A stretch of 64,000 nucleotides of DNA from Rickettsiales bacterium. Lineage in GTDB: Bacteria; Pseudomonadota; Alphaproteobacteria; Rs-D84. Of this stretch, positions 24,639-38,440 are shown piece after piece. The position numbers and the translations under genes were made by a program. The notes beneath the pieces were generated by a model. The model did no database searches, was not told the origin of the DNA, and saw nothing but the letters and a program-made list of their open reading frames with translations. Within the stretch, counting starts at the first letter, position 1. Each line of letters opens with the position of its first letter. The DNA lies in contig JAITJD010000009.1 of the NCBI GenBank assembly GCA_031279085.1, positions 97,232 through 161,231 on the forward strand. Reading direction: 5' to 3'.

Positions 24639-24693
24639 TTTAAGCGAGATTTCGTTATTTTGGATTATTTTCTCAAAATTCTTGATTTTGCGC

Positions 24694-24722
24694 TTGACTT
24701 TTTAAAAGAAGGAATCTATACT
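24694..24722 (+). promoter_or_regulatory. candidate rRNA promoter P2 (TTGACT-N17-TATACT)
   Basis: Near-consensus hexamers with exact 17-nt spacer, about 410 nt upstream of 16S. Confidence 0.55.
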
Positions 24723-25130
24723 AATCGGGCTTTCAAGTTGGGAACAAACTCTCAACCCCTGAAATTCTGCGGTTTTCGAGATGACCATCAGATTCGGGAA
24801 TCTTGTCAAACGCAAATATTGTTAATAAAAGCAGCTCATCAAAGTACGTGATGACGCGAGATGTGAAAAAGTAAGGCGGTTATTCGCTATACATAATTCA
24901 TGTGTCCGTATCACGGAAATCAAGAAGGGATATGCAGACAGTTGATTTGGACAAACATCCAAACTTAACAGTTAAGATGTGCATATCCTAGACAGGTAGT
25001 AGGTTTACATAGATTTTATATCGTAGAAACCTCGTTAAAATACTTGTCTTGCGAATATATATGTAAAGACGAACTGACATTATTGTCAGCTTTCTTTCAA
25101 ATGCACAGGTTTAACGAACAAGTTTTCTAA

Positions 25131-26620
<1,490 letters not shown>

Positions 26621-26763
26621 TAGAGAAAGCCGTTTCACGAAACGGCCACAACCCAAACGACTGTCTGTGTATCTCTTCTTTTGAGTGGTTGGTGTAAGTG
26701 GTTAGTGGTTAGTTTGCACTGACCGCATACTAATCACTAACACTAACCACTTACGCTTTCCTT

Positions 26764-26840
26764 GGGTCAGTAGTTCAGTTGGTTAGAATGCCGCTCTGAT
26801 ACAGCGGAGGTCGAAGATTCGAGTTCTTCCTGACCCACCA
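26764..26840 (+). tRNA. tRNA-Ile (anticodon GAU), CCA encoded
   Basis: Acceptor GGGTCAG/CTGACCC, anticodon loop CTGATAC, T-arm GAAGA-TTCGAGT-TCTTC, 3' ACCA. Confidence 0.95.
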
Positions 26841-26909
26841 CTAGTTTTTGTTAGTTTTTAGTGCCGCCGGTCAAGCTTTGGCCGTATCCGGGCATATTGA
26901 TGAGGTTGC

Positions 26910-27001
26910 AATCGCTGGTAAATCAATCACTTTAATGTGAGCCTGGCCGACCACTTCGGTGTGGGCCTGTACTTGTACGGGGCCGGGATTTACCAGCGAT
27001 T
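26910..27001 (+). other. structured element in the 16S-23S spacer: perfect 15-bp stem enclosing 62 nt
   Basis: AATCGCTGGTAAATC (26910-26924) pairs perfectly with GATTTACCAGCGATT (26987-27001). Internal GGCC..GGCC and CCTGTAC..GTACGGGG hairpins. Confidence 0.5.
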
Positions 27002-27311
27002 CCAAATATTTCGGTATTTTCTGGAATCTGCTTTTATAGCAATATATTGTTAATCGGTTTTTATGTCTTTTAGTCGTAAGACGTAAGATGCAAGGTGAAT
27101 TTTCGCCTTGCGCTTCACGAATTACGCTAAAATGAACATCGTAAATAATCTCAAAATATCTTTCTGAATAAGAGTAGTCCGGAAACGGACAATTCAATTC
27201 AAAAAAAACAAGAATCAACTGAAAAATGCTTAAAGACACCGCAAGGTGTCGCTCATTAAGTGTGCTTTTTTTAAGTGCGACGAAGATTTACTCTTCAAGC
27301 ATAAGATAAAA

Positions 27312-30325
<3,014 letters not shown>

Positions 30326-30504
30326 TTTATCTACTGTTTGATTTTCTGACACTTTGTGTCGGAAAATCAAACGTATGCTTGAAGAGTAAGTTAGGAAATT
30401 CAGAAATCTTTGATTTCCTGAATTTCATCATCGCCCGCAGCTTTGGCGAAGGGTGATTGATAAGAAGATTCTGATATTTTGAGATTTTGATGTTCGCAGA
30501 TTTC

Positions 30505-30622
30505 GTTCTGGTGATTATTGAGCGGGAGCCACCCTCTGTTCCATCTCGAACCAGACAGGGAAACCCCGCATCGCCGATGGTACTTTGGCTTAAGCCACGG
30601 AAGAGTAGGTCGTCGCCAGAAC
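30505..30622 (+). rRNA. rrf: 5S ribosomal RNA
   Basis: GTTCTGGTGATTATTGAGCGGGAGCCACCCTCTGTTCCATCTCGAACCAGA...CCGATGGTACTTTGGC...AGAGTAGGTCGTCGCCAGAAC. Confidence 0.9.
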
Positions 30623-30709
30623 GAAATCTGTCTTTGGCATAAAAACCGAATAAATCCACGCGAGAGAGAACGCGCTGATAATCAGGGGGGGCATATAAGG
30701 TGTTATACA

Positions 30710-31039
30710 ATGCGTCACGATAACGAAGATTGTCAAAAATTCAAAGAGTTATTCGATAATATAGAGAAGTCTTTGTTTGACATGCATTATGATATTTATC
30801 CGCTGCACAATGGACATTTTATTCCGTACGGCATAAGCAGAATGTGTTCTAATTTCTCAGCCGCTATGCGTTGTTATGTGAAATATATCAAAGAAAGTCC
30901 GATGTCGCTGGAACAGCAGAAAGAATTCGAGCCGCATATATTGGAAATGTATGCCGCTTTGGATCAGTTCGGCAAAGTTGTCGCCGACAAAGGAAAAATC
31001 ATCCTCGATTATAAAAACAAGCAAGACAAGAGCAAATAA
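30710..31039 (+). CDS. hypothetical protein (109 aa), cargo of the inserted segment downstream of 5S
   Basis: The listed ORF 30518-31039 overlaps 5S. The internal ATG 30710 has an AAGG SD. Followed by hairpin TCCCGT-TTTT-ACGGGA plus T-run (31047-31070). Confidence 0.5.
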   Translation: MRHDNEDCQKFKELFDNIEKSLFDMHYDIYPLHNGHFIPYGISRMCSNFSAAMRCYVKYIKESPMSLEQQKEFEPHILEMYAALDQFGKVVADKGKIILDYKNKQDKSK

Positions 31040-31064
31040 AAGATACTCCCGTTTTTTACGGGAT

Positions 31065-31585
31065 TTTTTATAGTCAATAATCGCCAGTCGCCCAAAGATT
31101 AATTACTGTGGAGCGGCACGAAAAAACAGCTCAAGTTTGAAAGACACAAAAATATTGTCCTTTATAAAGGACAAGCGAGGAAACCGACATATTTCGGACA
31201 CGAAGTCGCGCCGCAGCCAACGGCGAAGGCGGATAGAACCGCCGACACAACACAGACATTTAAACATAATTCGATATCTAATATATTAGACAATCATTAA
31301 AAACTTTGTCCTTTATAAAGGACAAGTGAGAAAAACAGACATATACCGGACATAGAAATTTGGCGCAAATGACAAACAAACCCGCAAAGCCTTTGCGCCT
31401 GCGGGTTTTGTTTTTCGCGCGGAACTATTTTTTATTGATTCTCAATTGTCCATATATTATTTATATGTGAACAAAGTCTGAAAATAACTTTGTCCTTTAT
31501 AAAGGACAAACGAGAGAAAAAAAGACATATTGTGGACATGGAAATTTGTCTGCTTTATCGATTCTCAATTGTCCGTATTATTATT
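31065..31585 (+). repeat. family-B repeat block in opposite orientation to the 15-22 kb array (palindromes at 31155, 31306 and 31490)
   Basis: Reverse complement of the 15395-15729 / 17215-17479 modules, including the R motifs (GAGAAAAACAGACATATACCGGACATAG) and hairpin AACCCGCAAAGCCTTTGCGCCTGCGGGTT. Confidence 0.85.
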
Positions 31586-31810
31586 AAGCGCGTCACAGTT
31601 CAGAATTGGAAAGTTTTCGGCACAGATTGAGGCCGAGAACCTGATTTTTGTCGAAGGCGCGGACGGAACATCCGGCCAGATATTGCAGGTTTCTCGTCCC
31701 GGGCGCGAAAATATATATTTCAACCGGGAGTTGTTTGATATTTTAAGCAGCCATTAAAGGCATCGCCTGGAACGAAATCCGGTTTTGGCATAAAAACCGA
31801 GATAATATTG

Positions 31811-31835
31811 CACCGCGTTTTCGCGGTGTTTTTTT
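31811..31835 (+). terminator. Rho-independent terminator (likely the original rRNA operon terminator)
   Basis: CACCGCG-TTTT-CGCGGTG followed by T7. Confidence 0.75.
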
Positions 31836-32733
31836 GTTGAGTTTTATATTTTTTGTCCTATTATGTTCAGTGAATGTCTATAAATCTAGAATATCGTCTG
31901 TTAAGGAAACTATTTTGAATACAAAGAAATTGAAAAATTTTATTGGAAAATTCTCGCCTAATTGGAACAAGGTCATTTCTTGGTACGTCATTGATTTAAA
32001 ATCAGGGCACAAGACGTCGCAAAATCCCGACGTTCTCTTATATCCCGCCAGCTCGTACAAGATATATATCGCCGCCGCCGCATTGAGGCAAGTCCGAAAA
32101 GGCTTGCTGGATCTGAACAAGAATACTTCTCTTATGTCTGATTTCGTCCAAAAGAACCAGTTGTATCCGATTATACAAAAAACACTTCGTCCGCAGCAAA
32201 ATATTACTATTGAGCATTTGATCAAGCTGATGTTGCAACAAAGCGATAATCGCGCGGCAAATTCTTTGACAACAGAAGTCGGCCTTGATTACATAGATGA
32301 GAATTTTGGCGGAATCACGCAAAAGTTCAAGGATTCGATAAAACGTAGGGATAATGATGTATTGTATTCTGAAAAACTGGCAGTCAGCGCGCGCGGCCTG
32401 GCCGAATTTATGGCAAGGCTTGACAGCGGCGGCGAAGATGGGGAAATAAAAAAATACATGCAAAATGCCGCGCCTCCGTCGGACGGGCTTTTAAAGAATA
32501 CTATTTTTTATAAAGCCGGATATTTGGAGCTTGAATATAAAAGCGGTCCAAGCTGGTTTAAAAAATTATGTCGCGTCAGGTATAGATCCCAGGCGGCCAT
32601 AGTCAATGATGGAGAATTTCGCTATGCCGTAGGCATTATGACGCGGTGCAACTCTTTGCGGTTTGGCAGCGAATTGGATTTGTCCAAGTTTCAGAAAGCG
32701 ATGGAAAATAGGCTGAAAACTTTGAATCGTTAG
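31834..32733 (+). CDS. class A beta-lactamase-like serine hydrolase
   Basis: SxxK (ASSYK), SDN (QQSDNRAAN) and KxG (YKAGY) motifs in the right order. Only TTG starts are available (31834/31837), they overlap the terminator T-run, and there is no SD. Confidence 0.6.
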   Translation: MLSFIFFVLLCSVNVYKSRISSVKETILNTKKLKNFIGKFSPNWNKVISWYVIDLKSGHKTSQNPDVLLYPASSYKIYIAAAALRQVRKGLLDLNKNTSLMSDFVQKNQLYPIIQKTLRPQQNITIEHLIKLMLQQSDNRAANSLTTEVGLDYIDENFGGITQKFKDSIKRRDNDVLYSEKLAVSARGLAEFMARLDSGGEDGEIKKYMQNAAPPSDGLLKNTIFYKAGYLELEYKSGPSWFKKLCRVRYRSQAAIVNDGEFRYAVGIMTRCNSLRFGSELDLSKFQKAMENRLKTLNR

Positions 32734-32776
32734 ATAAATTGTTAAAACGTTATCAAATAAAATATAAGGAATAAAA

Positions 32777-33235
32777 GTGAAAAACAATCAAACCAAATTA
32801 GAATCCGACGTTATTTCCATTAGCGCATGCGGCATACATACTGATGATAATAAAAAAGGCGTTTATTATTACCGCGGGGAAGAGGTTGTCAGACCCACAA
32901 AAACAATTGAATGTTTTTTAGAACTTCAAGAATATTACAAACACAACCCCATAATTGGAAATAGTTTGAACTTGAAGAAAGCGGAGATTAAAACGGTGAA
33001 AGACAATAACAGCGAAGAAATTTGGTATAATCTGAACTTCACAAAACAGGACGGCAGCGCGTTGCAAACCGGATTCATATTCTTAACAAAGTACGATAAA
33101 CCTGGATTGGCACCGAGAATTGCGGCATACAATGTATTGTTCAACTTGAACAAAAAGCAAAATACAAAAGCAGATGTTGAAGCTTCTCTTTTTAAGATTT
33201 TATGCGTTGCAAACATTAAAAACGTGACTTGTTAG
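32777..33235 (+). CDS. hypothetical protein
   Basis: GTG start with an AAGGA SD. No recognisable motif. Its 3' end overlaps the convergent pagL-like gene by 4 nt. Confidence 0.4.
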   Translation: MKNNQTKLESDVISISACGIHTDDNKKGVYYYRGEEVVRPTKTIECFLELQEYYKHNPIIGNSLNLKKAEIKTVKDNNSEEIWYNLNFTKQDGSALQTGFIFLTKYDKPGLAPRIAAYNVLFNLNKKQNTKADVEASLFKILCVANIKNVTC

Positions 33236-33789
33236 AAACTGTAATTGAATGAAATTCCCGTGAAATTAAATCCGTCGTTCACGGGCGTCAAATTTCCGTT
33301 GGAAAAATGCAGTGTGAAAAACTCTGCGCGCCATTTATTTGATAAACGAGCGCCGATAAAGAATTTCTCGCCGAACACCAGGCGGCTTTCCACGCGCCAA
33401 TCCTTGGAATCGCGCAAATATGGCCCCAGCCCTAATCCAATGTAAAATCCGCGCCAGTCAAAAAGAGACGCGTCCCATGAAATTCCAAATGCTGTGAATG
33501 ACAGCCCGCGGTCTGATTCATATCCAAAATTCTGCACCAGGCCGATATTTTGCCGCGCGGGCAGGCGAAAGATTGTCATCGGCTGGCTGTATTGGGCCAT
33601 CAGGACCGTCATGGGCTCAAACTCCCAGAAACCTGGATAAATCAGCTTGAATAATGTGCCGTCGCCAGTGCCGTGGCCGATATGCAATATGAATGAGTTG
33701 TCATCTCCCGCGCCGAACATAGGATTGGCTTTTGCGCCGCAGATCGGCAAAGTCATCATGATGAAGATAAATAAAACAATTTTTTGCAT
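33232..33789 (-). CDS. PagL-like lipid A 3-O-deacylase / acyloxyacyl hydrolase, outer membrane
   Basis: Signal peptide MQKIVLFIFIMMTLPICGAKA (ATG 33789). C-terminal ...TLHFSNGNLTPVNDGFNFTGISFNYSF carries the H-x-S-N-G catalytic signature and a terminal Phe. Confidence 0.65.
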   Translation of the reverse strand: MQKIVLFIFIMMTLPICGAKANPMFGAGDDNSFILHIGHGTGDGTLFKLIYPGFWEFEPMTVLMAQYSQPMTIFRLPARQNIGLVQNFGYESDRGLSFTAFGISWDASLFDWRGFYIGLGLGPYLRDSKDWRVESRLVFGEKFFIGARLSNKWRAEFFTLHFSNGNLTPVNDGFNFTGISFNYSF

Positions 33790-33930
33790 AACATAAAATC
33801 TAATTGAATTAATGCGGTGTAAATAAATATTTATCAACTGCTTTACAGTATTTTACCATACTTCTATTATTAGTAATATAAAAATTTATAAAGGCAAATA
33901 TTTATTTCTTTTGTCTTTCAGTCTTTCCTA

Positions 33931-33959
33931 TTTACACGCCTCGGCAAAAATGTTATAAT
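33931..33959 (+). promoter_or_regulatory. sigma70-type promoter TTTACA-N17-TATAAT
   Basis: Exact 17-nt spacing. GGAG SD at 33975, ATG at 33986. Confidence 0.6.
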
Positions 33960-33985
33960 TAAAGCAATATGATTTGGAGTAGCCT

Positions 33986-36298
33986 ATGAAGACTCGTAAT
34001 TTTGGCGAAATTTTCAAAAATGCGGCGGGCACAGTTTTTTTACTGGCGGCGGCATTTTTCGTATGCTCTACATTTTTATCGATGCGGGCGGTTTTTGCCG
34101 ATCCGGTCGCGCCGCAGAATCAGATTCTGACGAATACGGCCCAGGCCAGGCGCACCGGCGCGCAAGGTTCCGGCGCCACGCGCGGCAGCCCGCGCGCAAA
34201 CACCGGCGCCGCCAGCCGAACAGGGGGCGCGGTTTCAACACCTTCAAGCGCCGGCCGCACGGTTTCGGGCCGCTCGACGGCATCCCGCGGAACAGGCCAG
34301 GCAGCCTCGTCTACGGACAGAAATATCGTGTCGCGCGCGAATTCGGCTAATTCCAGGGGCACGGTCGCGCGTTCGGTCGTTGCGCGCAGTGGAACGACAG
34401 ATGCAAGCCAAGCGCGTGTTTCGCTTACCGGCAGCGCGATAAGGGGCAGCAAAACCAGCACCTCCGCATACACTTACCTTTCGAACAAATTATATACCGG
34501 GAACTATTCGAACATAATTGATTCCACGACAGGATTGATATCGGCGGAAGCATACAGCAATTGTCTGGAAAGCTATTACACCTGCATGGATGAAATCTGC
34601 ACCGCCCGCAACGCGGCTCAGCGGCGCTGCGCCTGCGCGGGGCGCGTAAAGGCTTTTGCGGACGCTGAATCTAAATTGGAAACAGCGAATGAAGAACTGA
34701 TAAAAGTTTCCGGCGAACTGGCGCTGCTGATCGCGACCAAGGGCAAGGATATCAGCGCGGCGTTCCAGCTGACCGATGCGGAAAAAGTCATGAACTGCGT
34801 GTCTTGGCAGGACGAGTCGACAAACGACCCGTATTGGAGCAAGGTAGAGTCTGGCGAAACTTTGACCGGCTTGCAGAAATGGTGCCAAAACCACATGTTG
34901 GGAACCGACTGCGCGCAACCGAAATATTGCTCAGAGTCCGGTAATACTTTCGGATTTGATATCAAAAATCTTAACGGCAGCAGCAGCGATATTTTAGCGT
35001 CTTTGAAATCTTGGGCCGATGCCAAGGATAAAACGCTTACAATTACAGGTTCCAACAATGATTCGCTCTTAGGCGCGTTTCAAAACACGATCGGCGCGCT
35101 AAGCGGGATGGGGATTGATATCACAAATATTGACGATACAAGCAACCTGAAAGATTCTCTGGCTGAAACCTGGGGGTACGAGCTGTTTGAATACGCGCAC
35201 AACAATGTCTGCAACCGCGTTTTGGATTCATGCTTTAACGGAATTTATGAAGCCTGCGGCACGCCTAAAAACGGGCAGAAATGTTATAATAACTCTGCGA
35301 GCTGCCCTTATAATTACAACAGCTATATCACCGTTAACAACAGCGGAACTTATGAATTGAATTTCGTGACGCCGAACACCGGAACCAGCACTAATTCCGC
35401 AACATGTTTCGGATATACCAGCACGGCCGGCGATCCTTATCAAAACTTGCGCGGACCGGTCGCGGATTCCCGCCGCAGCATATTGCAGAAATACGCGCTG
35501 GACGCGAATGCGGACTGCGACGCGTATGGCGAGCAATTAAAAACAACCGCGCAGAATATCGGATATCAAAAAGCTGCCGCCCAGCAGGCTTTGCAGCAAA
35601 AGCGGCTTGAATTCGCGCAAGAGGAAATCACGACAATCGCGTCCGACTTCCGCGCCGCCAAGAACAACTTTAACGAATGCCTGTCGGAATTGTATGACTG
35701 CTATACCACCCAGGAAACATCGAATACCTCATGGAGCACCAGCAGAATCAAAACATATTGCTCGCAGGTTTCCAATGTTGCGTCTTGCTATGAAACCATG
35801 GTTTGCGGCGCGCCGAACAATCTGCTGGAAGCGGTCATAACCAAAACTGTTGCGGGTACGACAACAACAAATAATATAACTACGAATACGACCGAAGCTG
35901 GCACCGCGTGCAGCAATACGACCGATGCGTCAACGAATACTTGCCGCAATGTTGTGACAATTGCCGAAGTTCTCAGCGGTTCTTATGCGTCCGGTGCGGT
36001 GGCGGGGTCATCTGTGGAAATGCGTGAGAAGTGCTTGCAAAATATCGGCATAGATGGCGTGCGGAATTGGTCCAGCAAAAATTCATCCGGCGGCTGGTCC
36101 GCAGAGAGCTGTCAAGCCGGCCAGCACCTGGAAGGGACAAGCTGCGTACCCGACACAAGAGCATGCACTCATACTGACTCAAATGCTGCGACGGCCCAAT
36201 TGGTATGGAACAGCAACACCGGCAGTTGGAGCGGATGTCAGCTATTGACTTGCAAAAGTGGCTATACGGTTTCAAGTGGCGCATGCGTTCAGATCTAA
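33986..36298 (+). CDS. large secreted cysteine-rich protein with an Arg/Ser/Gly/Thr-rich disordered N-region (paralog 2 of 3)
   Basis: Signal peptide ...VFLLAAAFFVCSTFLSMRAVFA. NCLESYYTCMDEICTARNAAQRRCAC and further C-x5-7-C-x4-6-C units. Cys-rich C-terminus. Confidence 0.7.
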   Translation: MKTRNFGEIFKNAAGTVFLLAAAFFVCSTFLSMRAVFADPVAPQNQILTNTAQARRTGAQGSGATRGSPRANTGAASRTGGAVSTPSSAGRTVSGRSTASRGTGQAASSTDRNIVSRANSANSRGTVARSVVARSGTTDASQARVSLTGSAIRGSKTSTSAYTYLSNKLYTGNYSNIIDSTTGLISAEAYSNCLESYYTCMDEICTARNAAQRRCACAGRVKAFADAESKLETANEELIKVSGELALLIATKGKDISAAFQLTDAEKVMNCVSWQDESTNDPYWSKVESGETLTGLQKWCQNHMLGTDCAQPKYCSESGNTFGFDIKNLNGSSSDILASLKSWADAKDKTLTITGSNNDSLLGAFQNTIGALSGMGIDITNIDDTSNLKDSLAETWGYELFEYAHNNVCNRVLDSCFNGIYEACGTPKNGQKCYNNSASCPYNYNSYITVNNSGTYELNFVTPNTGTSTNSATCFGYTSTAGDPYQNLRGPVADSRRSILQKYALDANADCDAYGEQLKTTAQNIGYQKAAAQQALQQKRLEFAQEEITTIASDFRAAKNNFNECLSELYDCYTTQETSNTSWSTSRIKTYCSQVSNVASCYETMVCGAPNNLLEAVITKTVAGTTTTNNITTNTTEAGTACSNTTDASTNTCRNVVTIAEVLSGSYASGAVAGSSVEMREKCLQNIGIDGVRNWSSKNSSGGWSAESCQAGQHLEGTSCVPDTRACTHTDSNAATAQLVWNSNTGSWSGCQLLTCKSGYTVSSGACVQI

Positions 36299-36308
36299 CC
36301 CACAAGAC

Positions 36309-36336
36309 AAAACCCGCCAAATGGTGGGTTTTGTAA
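36309..36336 (+). terminator. Rho-independent terminator
   Basis: AAAACCCGCCA-AA-TGGTGGGTTTT (one G-U pair) followed by a T-rich tail. Confidence 0.6.
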
Positions 36337-36458
36337 TAAAGATTAAACAAATTATAATGTCCATAGCAATCTGTGGGCTTTAAGTCAGCTACTATTTACT
36401 ATCGATTGCTCTCATCGTGAGGGTGGGAAATAGAATTAGTAGTTATTAATTATTAGTT

Positions 36459-37172
36459 GACCAAAAATCTCCCCGCTTTTCCGGCAAGCGAGCTTGCTCG
36501 GAAAACCTCCCCTCTTTATCAAGAGGGGCATGTCCCAAGCTCGAATTAGTCCCCCTTGATAAAGGGGGACAGAGTTGGCTTGCTGAGCCGTAGGCGAAGC
36601 TAGCAACTCTTGGGGGATTTCTGGTTGAGGGTTGGTATTAATAATTATATTTTGGATTTCTGGTTAATAGTTGTTAATTAAAAAGAAATCTCCCCGAAAA
36701 GCTTAGGTCGCTTGGCTTACGCAAGCTCCCAGCTTTTCTCCCCTCTTTATCAAGAGGGGCTAACCCAAGTTTTAAACCTGGCGCAAGAATTCGTTCTTGG
36801 CTTGTCCCTCTTGGTAAAGGGGGACAGAGTTGGCTTGCTGAGCCATAGGCGAAGCTAGCAACTCTTGGGGGATTTGTGGTTGAAGATTGGTATTAATAAT
36901 TATATTTTGGATTTGTGGGTAATAGGTATTAGTTTAAAAATGCAAATTAATCTTTCTTATAATTAACCAGAAATCTCCCTGAAAAGCTTGGGTCGCTTGC
37001 TTACGCAAGCTCCCAGCTTTTCTCCCCTCTTTATCAAGAGGGGCTAAGCCCGAGCTTGGAATTGCCCCTCTTTATCCAGAGGGGCTATCGCGGATTCAAC
37101 CTTTGTCCTCTTCTTTATCAAGAGGGGCGTGCCCCGTGCTCGGACTTGTCCCCCGCGAGCTCGGTCTTACCA
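36459..37172 (-). repeat. family-A repeat cluster A4, inverted relative to A1-A3, with ~260-bp higher-order periodicity
   Basis: Reverse complements of the A1/A2/A3 modules. GGGGGACAGAGTTGGCTTGCTGAGCC..GGGGGATTT.TGGTTGA..TATTAATAATTATATTTTGGATTT occurs twice (about 36556 and 36818). Confidence 0.85.
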
Positions 37173-37243
37173 TTGACTCTCAGCTATTCTGTCATATCGC
37201 AAAAAAGAAATGATTTTTAATATAAAAATGCTATAATGAAAAC

Positions 37244-38386
37244 ATGTTGAAAAGAACGGAGGAATCCAAACTTACCAGCTGGTACTTTGAAATAGACAGG
37301 CGCTTGCTGTGGGCGGTTCTGGGACTGATTTTTATCGGAATGTGGGCGATGGTTTCGGCCGGCTCTGTCGCCGCTGAGCGCATAAGCCAGCCCTGGCATT
37401 TCTTCATATTAAAAGCCCTGCCTTTTTACGCCGCCGGTCTGGTCGTTTTGTTCTTGTCGAGCATGCTTGACAAGAAGTGGGTTTTGCGCGTATCCGCACT
37501 GAATGTGATTGTATGCATGCTGCTGCTGCTGGCGACACTGGTTGCGCCGGCTGCGGTCAAAGGCAGCGCGCGATGGGTGAATCTGGGTGTCGCGACAGTA
37601 ATGCCGGCGGATCTTATGAAGCCCGGCTTTGTAATTTTGACGGCTTGGTTCCTGGCCATGATGAAGTCAAAATTTGGGCGGGATATTTTTCTTAACAAAG
37701 AAGCCTGGCGTCCGAACCTGTTAAGCTGGTGGACATATCTCGCTTTGTTTGCAACGGCATTTGTAATAATTTTGACGCATCCGGATTTAGGAACGGCCAT
37801 ATTGTATTTCGCGGTTCTGTCCGCGATGGCATTCATGGCGGGCCTGCCTTGGCGAATGATGCCCGCGCTGATAGGCTGCATCGGCCTGGCCGGCGCATTC
37901 GCTTTTTTCACGATGTCGCATGTCCGCAGCCGGATTATCGGATTTTTCTCGGGAACCGGCGATGATTATCAAGTAAAGCAGTCCATTCAGTCCATTCAGC
38001 ACGGCGGCCTGATGGGCAGCGGAGACGACGCCTTTGTAAAGCAGTCCTTGCCGGACGCGCATACGGATTTTGTTTTCTCCGCCATTGCGGAAGACAGCGG
38101 CGCGATACTGGCGTGCGTTTTATTATGCATTTTGCTGTATGTTCTGAATCGTCTGGCAACCGGCGCGCTTCGCGCCAGGGACAGCTTTGTCTTTTATGCG
38201 GCCGGCGGCGCGGCGGCGCTTTTTGGCGCGCAGGTCTGCATAAACATAATGTCCGCGCTGCATTTGTTCGCGCCAAAGGGCATGACATTGCCTTTCATAT
38301 CCTATGGAGGCAGTTCTTTTGTTGCATTCTGCCTGCTGTTCGGCATGATTCTGGCGGTGATTCGGGAAGATAAGTGGAGAAATTAA
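37244..38386 (+). CDS. ftsW: SEDS-family peptidoglycan glycosyltransferase FtsW
   Basis: Multi-TM protein with the conserved ...HPDLGTA..., ...QSIQSIQHGGLMG...PDAHTDFVFSAIAEDSG... and PFISYGGSS motifs. Followed by murG. Confidence 0.85.
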   Translation: MLKRTEESKLTSWYFEIDRRLLWAVLGLIFIGMWAMVSAGSVAAERISQPWHFFILKALPFYAAGLVVLFLSSMLDKKWVLRVSALNVIVCMLLLLATLVAPAAVKGSARWVNLGVATVMPADLMKPGFVILTAWFLAMMKSKFGRDIFLNKEAWRPNLLSWWTYLALFATAFVIILTHPDLGTAILYFAVLSAMAFMAGLPWRMMPALIGCIGLAGAFAFFTMSHVRSRIIGFFSGTGDDYQVKQSIQSIQHGGLMGSGDDAFVKQSLPDAHTDFVFSAIAEDSGAILACVLLCILLYVLNRLATGALRARDSFVFYAAGGAAALFGAQVCINIMSALHLFAPKGMTLPFISYGGSSFVAFCLLFGMILAVIREDKWRN

Positions 38387-38440
38387 CCAAAAGCTTACGC
38401 GGCGGATTTTTACTAAACCGGCATTTAAAAAGGAACTCTT

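Noticed and set aside
26871-27239. 122-aa ORF on the minus strand within the 16S-23S spacer.
   Set aside because: It runs antisense through the structured ITS element, has no SD and has an implausible composition. The region is better explained as spacer RNA.
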